DNA from: Nymphaea colorata
Lineage: Eukaryota
Assembly: GCF_008831285.2 (NCBI RefSeq)
Contig: NC_045138.2
Location: forward strand, 5,890,001-5,954,000
DNA: 64,000 nt
Reading direction: 5' to 3'
Below, piece after piece: positions 24,213 through 34,761 of the stretch (the stretch's first letter is position 1; each line of letters starts with the position of its first letter). The notes beneath the pieces were generated by a model. That model was not told where the DNA came from. It saw only the letters and a list, made by a program, of their open reading frames with translations, and did no database searches. The position numbers and the translations under genes were made by a program.

Positions 24213-24784
24213 GTCGAGCTAGGTCTTCCATTGAGGCATCCATGATAGTATGATACCAGAGAGAGACTGCAGGAAACACAAGCTTGGTGAAGAATCACAG
24301 CATGACCACCTGACTGGGTGAGCAGCAAGATGTTCACCGTCATTTTCCAAAATCACTTGCTGATGATAATGAGAATCAAGGAAGGCAGGCTCTTGATATT
24401 TGCATAGTTAATTGCAGACTCTCTCCCTGACATTCAAAAGGAAGGTCATACAGAATGAAATTTTCACAACAAGTTGCTACTTGTGGAAAAACAAGGTGGT
24501 TTTTGGCATAAAAGAAACTTGCACGGATTTAAGAAATAACTACTAAACTTCCATGTGCGGCACATAGTTTAGACACATGCTTTCAACTCTATAACTAGCT
24601 TCCATAAATCACTTTACCTGCACATTAGCGTCCTTACGATAGATAGATATGAAGCATTGAGATAAAAGAGCATGACCAAATGCAGAACAGGCTTCTTGTC
24701 AATAGCACTTACCCCAAAAGCTGAGCTAAGGGTGACAACATCATTCTTATTGATATGACGAATGCTTGTCAACGCATGATTCAT
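24213..24784 (-). pseudogene. ERCC1: Two-exon fragment of the DNA-repair gene ERCC1 (C-terminal helix-hairpin-helix region)
   Basis: A 72-bp exon at 24784-24713, bounded by TTAG and GTAAGT, encodes MNHALTSIRHINKNDVVTLSSAFG. The next exon starts at 24266 after TGCAG and encodes SLSG(I)...IMDASMEDLAR, with an 8-bp insertion, and is then truncated. Matches the plant ERCC1 consensus LNHxLTxxRHVNKxDVVTLGSTFG-SLxxIMDASMEDLARCPG as recalled, not searched. Confidence 0.85.
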
Positions 24785-25899
24785 CTAACAAAAGAAGATG
24801 GAATTTTATAGATCAATGCATCCTGACCTCAGCACACCAGCTATTTAGCAAAGTTCTTGTTGCTGAGGACATAACAGAGTAAAACGGGGAATGCAAACAA
24901 TATCACTTAGAAACTTGAAGTCATGTGATTTTGGAAATATAAAACATCGGACCATATTTAGAGAAAAACCGAAAAGTCATAAAATTAGAAACATCAAATG
25001 AATAACAAATACTGCTCCAAGCATACAGATTTTTCCGTTGCAACACTACATCAATAATGTAAAATCACTATAGCAAAGAGCATTCTTGTGGTGCTTACAA
25101 TCACACAATATCAACAATCCATGAAACTCAAAGGTGGAATTCTCAAAAGAGATTGGCAATCCATTTTTATACTTCACCCATACTTTCATTAGTAAGGTAC
25201 ACTGGTGGGATACACTTTTGCAAAACTGAGCTCTGTAGAGAGTTCCTTGAAAGCTACCACAAGAGTTTGAATAGAGACCAGATAACAAGCCAGCACAACC
25301 AAATCAGAAGACTCAACACACAAACACATTAAATAATAGACTCACATGACCACAAATAAAGCTATAATAGAAGGAAAAACTCTTTTAAGATGTTTTTCTG
25401 ACGTTTCCGCACAAACCAGCACCCATTCGGTACAAGGCCAAAACATTTATCCTTCCTTAAGTCAAATTCTACTTTATATGTCAGTTACTTGAATCAATCA
25501 TCCAACGATCCTGAGTAAAAAATCCAAAAAAAACACTCTTGTGAATCAACTTTTGAGTCTTTAACAATAGAACCTAACAAAAACTAAAAATGTTAGCATA
25601 AAAAAAAATATTGACTATGTGCAAAAGAGATTAAGCTGATAATGTTGTCATCAAGGTAAAATCAAACATCTAAAAACAAAATGTAAGAACAAAACAACTA
25701 CCAAACTTAGAACATGACTTGGTCTGCATAATATGTTTGGATTGTTGTTCAATCATGTCATGCTATCTCATATTCAACAGTGTCCTACAAGAAAACCAAC
25801 AATAATTGATTAATAAACAACTACTATAACATATAAGCACAAATGAACATGATAAACTTTGGTATACATACATTACTAATACATACATTACTAACCTTT

Positions 25900-27055
25900 A
25901 GCAATATCTTATCCAATTACCTACACAAACTAATTCTTTAAATATCTTGGACTCAATGAATTCCTACATTCATCTACAATTCAACCTCTAGTACTAAAAG
26001 CAGATTCAGAGACAACTGTAGTAATATGAATATACAATATATCTCGTGTCATATGTAATAAAATGAGGTATTTCAATTCTTTATCTTTTCACCAAATCAA
26101 TATATCAAATGAATCATGAGTAATAGCATCAAATTTGAGCAATCCATCTTCTAAATACATATCAAGTTGAGACATGGGAGCTTGGAAAGGAATATTCTCT
26201 GTTTTATTTAAAGAGCTAAAAAATCTTACACTATATCTATTGGAATTGTTACATGATGAGTGAGTCTCTCTCATATAAAAGTAGTAGCATCACATTCAAT
26301 ATCTTTTTTTAGACCTTCAATTTTTGCAACTTAGCTGTTATAGAGCTCTTGCAATGTATCTCTTACTAATGTTATTTGATGTTACTTTTTTTGTATTTGA
26401 CTAAAAGTCTTTAAAAAGACAAAGTATGTTCAACTTAACTTTATCATTGGATCTAGTATGGAAGAAATAACAATTAATATATTGTATACTTATCAAACTT
26501 TTCTTTTATTTTAGATGTCATTCTCTTTATAAAGCTGCATCCATTCACAACTTCTTGTAATAGTTATTGAACACTCAAAATTTCTAAGAAAAATAGGTTT
26601 GTTGTAGGATACTTGGACCTGAAAAAAACACAGAAACATTATAAAATGCTTTAAGAAAAGTACATATTTTTTTGTATTCTTTCTCATTCATCTGCATCCA
26701 TCAACCAAGTAAAACTAGCATCTTTCATATTATATCTATCAAAAACATGCTTGTACATAAGTGCATCCTGAAACATCAAATGAGTAGAATTCCATCAAGT
26801 TGCAATATCTAGCACCAGCTTCTTTTGACCACGACTTTCAAATTCATTTACTATAAGTTGAAAGTTATAAAGTCTTGATGAAAAACATTTTATATGTTTG
26901 ATTGTATCTCTGATCTTTTCAAGTTCATCTCTAATAGCTGACAAACTATATTGCACCATCATATTTACAATATGTGCACAACAATAGACATGATAAAATT
27001 TACCGCCTTGGTATAGATGTACACCACTTTTCTCTAAAAATTCTTTCAAAGTTTT
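25900..27055 (-). mobile_element. Decayed hAT (Ac-like) transposase, C-terminal half
   Basis: HVYCCAHIVNMMVQ, LVLDIAT*WNST, YPTTNLFF, LDP, SQLDMYLED..FDILIW and TTVVSESAFST (hAT dimerisation domain); many stops and frameshifts. Confidence 0.88.
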
Positions 27056-27254
27056 TATAGGAAACTTCCATTACAGTGGTAATGAATTTATAAGGGAAAT
27101 CTCCATTACACAAATTTTCGACATCTCCATTAGACCAATTTTTCCAATACTTTACTTAAGCGATATGTTGGTATTGGACAGTAATCCAAAATTGCCCAAA
27201 TGCATGATTGGGATGAAAATCGCTTCAGCACCTTCCTAACCTCATTAAGTTAGG

Positions 27255-27590
27255 ATTGGATGGCAGCTTTGGAATCAATAGTACTGCCATCAGAGGTATC
27301 GACATTTCTACCCTCCCTCGAGAATCTAACTTTGAAGGACAACAATGCTAGAGATCTCAAATGGGGAAAGGTGCCCCGGTGTGGTGTCTCCCCCAACTAG
27401 AGGCTTTGGACCTACACTGTTTCACCAAGGACATCAGCTTGGTAGGCCATTGGCAATGCCTTCCGAAACTGAAAAACCTTTGGCTTTCTGACTTCCCCAA
27501 TCTCAAGTCTCTTGTGGATGTCAATGATATTACTCCCCAACAGAATGAAACAACATGTCCTACTGATGCAAAGCAACACATTGCCTAAAC
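27255..27590 (+). pseudogene. C-terminal fragment of an NLR paralogue, inverted relative to the intact gene
   Basis: LPQLEALDLHCFTKDISLVGHWQCLPKLKNLWLSDFPNLKSLVDVNDITPQQNETTCPTDAKQHI aligns with the end of the 17209-21009 protein; the 5' part of the gene is absent. Confidence 0.92.
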
Positions 27591-30500
27591 CTTTTCTCTT
27601 CATTTTAAATTGTCTGAAATATGTGTGGTTTTTAAAATTGGTGTCGTTTTGGTTAAATATTCAACTTTTTGCATTTCATCATCTCTTTTCTCTCTTCTCC
27701 TTTATCTATACCAGCACTATAAACCACTATATTGCCACTTGCTATTACGTGTCAACCCATCCCACCTTATATCTTAAACTTAATTTTAAAATATTGTTAA
27801 AAAAGATATATAGTCATTAGATTGGTACTAGCCATGGTTTACGTTGTCGTGACCGTTTATGAAGGTCTTAGCAACAAATTATGGTTCTTTTAAAGGGTGT
27901 TTTATTTCCTTAAATGTTTATTTTATAATTAAAATTGTAAAAACAAAATTGTTCCTCAAACTGGATTTCACATGAAAATTTCACTTCTACTGTTCCTTTG
28001 GGTTCCATAATATGAAATTTTGAAAATGATGTGTTTGATAAAAACAGTAATAAAATTCTACAATTGGAGAATTACAACTTTCGTATCTTGTGCCCTAATG
28101 TAAAATGAAAAAAAAAAGAAAATCCTAGAATCATAATTTCACCTCCTAAGGGATAATCACAATTCCAGAATTTTGATTCAACAATAAGCCCAAAATTTTG
28201 AAATCAAAATTCTTCATTTGCTAACACATTTCTCATTTCTTCAAAAACGAGAATTTTAATTCTAGAATTCTACAATTCATACCTTGTCAAATACTCACTT
28301 TTGGATGTCAATGTATCCAATTTGAATGAGATATCCAATCATACTGTTCTGAAAAAATTGAATATGAAAAAAAAAACGAATATCTGATTAAGAAATCAGA
28401 TTGGATTCGGCTTTAAGAAATGAGATATGCTCCGATTCGAATATAAATAAAATCTGATCAGATTCGGATCAGTTTTATTTTTAAGCAAATATCCTACATC
28501 TAATGCTCTTAGATTTTGAAAATCGGCCAAATTTGGTTCAAAGTTCATATTCGGATTCAAATATGAATGTAAAAATCGGATTCGGATTGTGAAATCAGAA
28601 TTTGGGTTCAGATTTGAACATCACTTTTTTTGTTCCTACTCAAATCTGAACAGAGATAGATATTAATAACAGAGAAAAAAAAATTAAAAGAAAAAAATCA
28701 AAGAGAGAGCGAGAGAGAGAGAGGGAGAGAGAGTGAGTGTGAGAAATCAAAGAGAGATAAAGGAAGAGAGATTAATGAAAGATGGAGAAAGAGAGATCTT
28801 AAGAAAGAAATTAAAGAGAAAGAGTGATTAATAAAAGAGATAGGAATAGAAATTTTAAGAGAGAAATCTAAGGGAGATGAAGAGAAATTAATGAAAGAGA
28901 GACAAAAGAAGTTAAGAGAGAGCAAGATTTTTAAAGAGGAGAGATAAATTGAAGAGAGAGACTGAGGGCATTGGTAAGAAAGATGAAAAAAGGTTTTACA
29001 AGATATATTGAAGAAAGAGGGAGAGACAGAGGTTAATAAAGAGGACAGACTGATAGATGTTAAGAAAGAAATCTAAGAGAAGAGGGACAGATTAATAAAC
29101 GAGCGAGAAAAATATATTTTAATTGAAAAACTGAAGAGAGACAAAACATTAATAAAAGAAGGAAAAAAAGAATTTAAAAAGGATATCAAAGAGAGAGATG
29201 GAGTGAGGGAAAAGATAAAAGAGAGAGAAAAAAATTTTAATAGATGAATCAAAGAGGAAGAGAAAGAGAGATTTAAAAGCGAAAGATAAAGATAAATTGG
29301 TGGAAAGAAAGAGAAATAGAGATCAAACTAAAGAGAGAAAAAATTAATAAAGGATAGAAAGAGATATTTTAAGAGAGAGACTTGAAGAAAGAGAGGATAA
29401 AAAAAGTAAAAGAGATACTTAAGTGAAAAATAGAAGAGAGAGAAAGAGTAACCAAAGAATAGTTTACTCCAGAAGAGAAAGCCCCTCCCATTGTTGAGTA
29501 TGGGAGGAAGCGAGACTATGGGTAAGAATAGTCCACTCTAAAAGAAGTTGGTAAAAGTGTCACTTCTTGTGCTCTTGTTCTAGTGTTTGATGGACTTGAA
29601 TTTTGATTTTAGAATTAAAATTGTAAAAACTAAATTCTACCTTCAATTAGAATTTCAAATGAAAATTCCACTTCTAGTTTTCGTTTGTATTAGTGAAACT
29701 TTGGTTTTAAAAATGATGTGTTCGATAAAACAAAAATTCAAATTCTATGACGAAACCTTCATAACATGCACATGCTCTAAAGAAAGAAAAAAATTGTAAA
29801 ATTCTAGAATCATAATTTCACCCCCAAGGTACAATCACAATTCCAAAATTTTGATTCAACAATGTACCCAAAATTAGGGATGTCAACGAATCGGATTCGG
29901 ATCGGATACATCTTCAATCATATCTGTTTTTTCGGATATTCATATATTCGGATTCGGATTCGAATTCGAATAGAGCAAAGTCATATCCAAATCCGAAATC
30001 CGATTTTACAATCCGAATCCGAATTTTGAACCGGATTTTGCCATCTTTCAAGTATTAGATAGAGGATATTTGTCTAAAACTGAATCCGATCCGAATCCGT
30101 ATCCGAATCCGATCCGATATTCATGTATATCCAAATCCGAATCCGAATCCGATCGGATGTCATTTATTAAATCCGAATCGGATCCGATTTCTTAATCGGA
30201 TATTAAATTTTTATCCATATCCGATTTTTTCGGATCGGATCGGTCGGATATCCAATTCAAATCGGATATATTGACATCCCTACCTATAATTCGAGAATCA
30301 GAATTCTTCAATTGACAATGCAATTCCCATTTCATTAAAAAATGAGAACTTTGATTCTAGAATTCTACAATTTATGCCTCATCAAATGCTCACTTAAGGA
30401 TGTCAATATATCAGATTTGAATCGGATTCTAATCAAACTTTTCAAAAAAATCAAATATGAAAAAAATTGAGTATCTGATTAAGAAATCGGATTGAATTCA

Positions 30501-31600
30501 GCTTTAAGAAACGACGTTCGATCAGATTTAGATATGCATAAATATCTGATCGGATTCAGATCAGATTTATTTTGAACCAATCCTATATGCAATGCTTTTA
30601 CATTTTGAAACTAGGCCAAATTTGGTTCAATATTTAAATTCGGATTCAGACATGAATATAAAAATCAGATTTGGATCAGATTCATATTCTAAAATCAGAT
30701 TTCATTTTGGATTTGTATTTTTTTTTGTTCATGCTCGAATCTGAATAGAGATAGATGTTAACAAAAAAGAGAAAAAAATTAAGGGAGAAAACAAAGAGAA
30801 GCAAGAGAGACTTAGAGAGAGAAAGTTCAAAGAAAGATAGAGAAATAAATATCTTAAGAGAGAGATTAAACAGAAAGAGTCCTTCATAAAAGAGAGACAA
30901 ATAGAGACTTTAAGAGAAAACTCGAAGAAAAATAAAGAGGGATTAACAAAAGAGAAAGAAAAAAAATAAAATAAGAAATTAAAAGAGACAAAGATATTTA
31001 AAAAAGAGAGATAAATTGAAGAGAGAGAGAGGGAGGGAAATTATAAAAAAGAAAAAAAATGAAGAGAAATATTGAAGAGAGAGGGAAAGACAGCTATTTA
31101 TAATAGTGAGAGAAGGAGAGATTTAAGAGAGAAATCCGCGAGAGGGAGAGAGATCAAATCGCGATATTAATAAGCAAGAAAGAAAAAGATATTCTAACAT
31201 AGAAATAGAAGAGAGAGAGATTGAGAGATTAATTAAAGAAAGAAAAAGGGAGATTTTAAAGAAGAAATTGAAGAAAGACATCAAAGAGAGGGTTATAAAA
31301 GAGAGAAAAGATAGATATTAATAGATGAATCAAAGAGGGAAAGAGATAGATATTTAAAAGCCCGAGATAAATTGGGGTGAGAGAAAAAAATAGAGAAATT
31401 GAAGAGAGAGAGAGAAATTAATAAAATAATGTAGGAGGCTTTTTAAGAGAGAACTTGTGAGAGAGGGAGGTTAAAAAGAAAGTGAACGAGAGACTTTAAG
31501 TGAAAATAAGAGAGAGAAACATATTGGAGATAGAGAAACGAATTAATAAAAGAGAGAAAAAAAGAGGTTTTAAAAAAGAAATCAATTGGAAGGAGAAAGA
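27590..31600. repeat. Inverted copy of the NLR 3' flank, itself tandemly duplicated (~27920-29580 and ~29600-31600), with MITE remnants and GA-rich arrays
   Basis: 27920-28680 is collinear with 29610-30780 once the 29875-30282 MITE is removed; GA arrays at 28670-29460 and 30760-31600. Confidence 0.75.
29875..30282. mobile_element. hAT (Ac-like TIR) MITE
   Basis: Perfect 12-bp TIR TAGGGATGTCAA / TTGACATCCCTA; dense ATCCGA/TCGGAT subterminal repeats; 8-bp TSD CCCAAAAT / CCTATAAT (6/8); empty paralogous site at ~28189-28196. Confidence 0.92.
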
Positions 31601-31619
31601 GAGGTTTGCTTTAATGGCA

Positions 31620-33385
31620 AGATATTTTATTTTTTTGTAGAAATTAAAATTGTAAGTTTAAAAATAATTTTAGAAATTTACCAACTTCATTATTTTTTAT
31701 GTTGGTGGGAGAGGAACTAGCGTTTATTGAAAAGCCTAGGATAAGTCTCCAAGGCTTCTTTAAGGGTTTATTTGAAATACTTTTGAACTTGTTTAAAGCT
31801 ATCAATATATGCACATGTAGAAAAAAAATTAATATATGTGAAAATATTGAAAAAATTATTTTCTATTTTAAAAATTATGAAAATATGCCCTTTCAATCCT
31901 TGAGTATGGAAGGAAGCCCAGATTGTTAGGAACAATCATCTACTCTAGAAGAAGTTAACGACAATATCTCTTCTTGTGCTCTTGTTGTACTTCAAATTTT
32001 TTGATAATGTACTTATGGAGGAAAATACTCTTTTTAGACACTAAATAGAATGTTAATAGATAATTACCAAGAGAATGAAGATAAGAATGTGGTCAAAGAC
32101 ATGGCTTAAAACTAAAAAAGTGAGAAATAAAGATTTTAATAGAGAAATCAGCAAGAAAGAAAGAGAAAGGGAGAGAGACATTCATAAACTAGAGAGAGAG
32201 AGTTTTTAAGAGAGATAAATAAAAGAAAGATTTTAAAAGAAAAATCAAAGAGATAGGGAAAGTTTAATAAAAGAAAAAAAAAGAAGATTTTTAGAGAGAA
32301 ATAGAAGATAATGAGAGATTCAAGAGAAAGGAAGAAAATGAGGAGATAGAATAGATAAAAGAGAGAGAAAGAGAGTTTAAGAGAGAGAGAAAGAGAGATA
32401 GGGAGAGAAATTAAGAGAAGAAATAAAAGAAAACATGTCAAAGGGGAAAATTAAGAAAGAGAGAGAGAGTTATTAACAAGAGAAAGAAGAAAGAAGATTT
32501 AAAGAGAGAAATGAGGGAGATATTAACAAAACAGAAAAAATTTTAAGCAAGAAATGAAAGAGAAGGAGAGATAGAGATCAATAAATAAGAGAGAGAAAAA
32601 GAGAAATTGCATAGAGAAAACAAAAAGAGAAAGGGAGGTTGATAAAAGAGAGAGGGAGAAAGAGAAAGAGAGATTATAAAAGAGAAATTGAAAAGAGAGA
32701 GAGAGGAAGATTAATAAAAAAGAGAAAAATGTATTCTAAGACAGAAAATAAACAGAGAAACAAAGATCGGAAGAGTGAGTGAGATCAAAGAGAGATGGAT
32801 TAATAAAAGAGAGAAATAGACATTTTAAGAGAGAAATTAGAGAGAGAGAGCGAGCCATTAATAAAAATAGAGAAAAAATTATTTTAAGAGAGAAATCAAA
32901 GAAAGATAAACAGAGATTAATATATAAACTAGAAAAAAAGATATTTTGAGGGGGAGAGAGAAAAATAGAAAAGAGAAAAAAATTAATAAAAGAGGGAAAA
33001 AAATATTTGAAGAGACAGAGCGAGAGCACAAAAGAGAAAGAACGAGCGAAATCACAAAGATAAAGGAAGAGGAAGACTAACAAAAGGGAAAGAAAGATTT
33101 TAAAAAGAAATGAAAGAGAGAGAAGGTGAGAATCAAAGAGAAAAGTGCATTAAAAAAAAAGAGAGAGAAAGATGCTTTAAAAGAGAGATGGAGATTAATA
33201 AAAGAGAGAAAATGAGATTTTAAAAGAAAAATCGAAGAAAAAGAGAGAGAAAGAGAGACAAATAAAAAAGAGAAAGAAAGCTAAATAAGAGAAAGAGAAA
33301 GAGAAATTTGAAGAGAGAAAAGCAAAGATAAAGAAATCAAAGAGAGAGATAGAGAGAAAGAGAGAGAGAGATCTAAGAAAGAGAG
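31620..33385 (-). repeat. Inverted homologue of ~6050-7640 (AT-rich block, conserved tail, GA-rich array)
   Basis: GAGGAACTAGCGTTTATTGAAAAGCCTAGGATAAGTCTCCAAG (~31712-31753) is the reverse complement of CTTGGAGACTTATCTTGGGCTTTTCAATGAACACTAGTTCCTC (~7508-7550); collinearity continues through the array. Confidence 0.85.
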
Positions 33386-33601
33386 TGTTGGAGTAATAAA
33401 AAAGGAAAAGACTGGCTGTTGTTGCTGGGTTGCCAATCGTGGTGTGCTTCATCACCGGTGGGCTGAGTTGTCGCTGGAGGGCCCTGTCGTTGTAGTAGCA
33501 AAGGGGAAGAAGCACAAAGGGAGAAGGCGAAAAGGGCATTGGCGGATGAAAATAAGGGTTAACCTTCACTAACAGGACGACGAACAAATAGTGATACGTA
33601 C

Positions 33602-34030
33602 TACTAGTGGCAAAAAAGGTGACATCAGTAAAAGTTGAGAATAAACACCATGAAGAAACTATATTGTCAATGGTTCTTGATTAATTACTGACGAACAATG
33701 AGTTTGTCAGTGACACTCTTAACAATTATTGAGTGGCAAAAAAGGTGACATCTGTAAAAGTTGAGAACAAACACCATGAATAAACTATATTGTCAATGGT
33801 TCTTTATTAATTACTGGCCAACAATGAGTTTGTCAGTGATATAACTGACGTGACAACCAACCGTCAGTAAATAGCAGGTCTTTATTGACGAAATTTTTGA
33901 GAAGTCAAAAAATATAAAAGTTTTCTGACAAATTACCGGCACAGTCACTAAAAATTATATTTACTGACATCCCTTGAACTTCATTGGTGAAGTGTCATTT
34001 GTACTGATGGGTGATTTTCTTATTGTCAAT
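33602..34030. mobile_element. Probable CACTA terminal remnant with a 126-bp tandem duplication
   Basis: TACTAGTGGCAAAAAA resembles a CACTA terminus; repeated ACTGACG/GTCAGT motifs in both orientations; the block starting at 33606 repeats at 33732. Confidence 0.45.
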
Positions 34031-34099
34031 AAACAAAAGATAGAAGAAGAGACATTTTAGTAAAGAAATTGGAAAGAGATAGAGAGCAAGAGAGAATCG

Positions 34100-34650
34100 A
34101 TAAAATAGAAATACATAACAAAATTTTGGAACAAGAAGTCTCCTAACTACAAGAATAAATCACAAAAACAAAATAGAAGAACCAAATATACAACTTAGTA
34201 GCACAATAAAACAAAACAAGAGGGGTAGAGAGAGAGTGGATAAATGGAATGGTAGAGTCCCCCAACAGCAGATGAAAGACGACGCCATAGCTGAATACCA
34301 AAGTGGACATCCCATGCACAAGGCATGTCATAAACTCCGACGATGAGAATGTTTCCTTAAAGACCATGTTGTTGTGTTCCTCCTAAATACACCACCAAGA
34401 GGAAATGAGCCACAACCTCTAGATACAACCCAGGAAAAGGACTGGTGGAAGGAATGACAAAGAGTAAAAAAAAGTGAATGGAGGGACAAAGGAAGGCCAT
34501 GCAAAGGTAAGAACATTATAAGAAAGGACAAAAGCTAAAAAGGTGAACCCGAGACTCAGGCACAGCGAGACCGAGAGGACATTGGTTAACTAAACTAATA
34601 CCAAGGAGCTATAGGTGGTCAAAAGTATTAATGTGACCAGCAATGAGCGT
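34100..34650 (-). mobile_element. 3'-terminal fragment of the same LINE family as 1500-4950
   Basis: Collinear with ~1504-2065 (ACAAGAAGTC, GAAATGAGCCACAACCTC, CCCGAGACTCAG, GTGGTCAAAAGTATT). Confidence 0.85.
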
Positions 34651-34761
34651 AAATTGGACCCACCGTCACAGCTGAGTGAAGAGATCAAAGCTTGGTGACC
34701 ACGAACTGAGCCTGAAGGCAGACCCGGGATAAACTCCGGAACTGAGTCATGAGTATCTTAG

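Noticed and set aside
29875..30282. CRISPR-like or satellite array of ATCCGA repeats
   Set aside because: Eukaryotic context, no repeat-spacer structure, and bounded by TIRs and a TSD, so a MITE.
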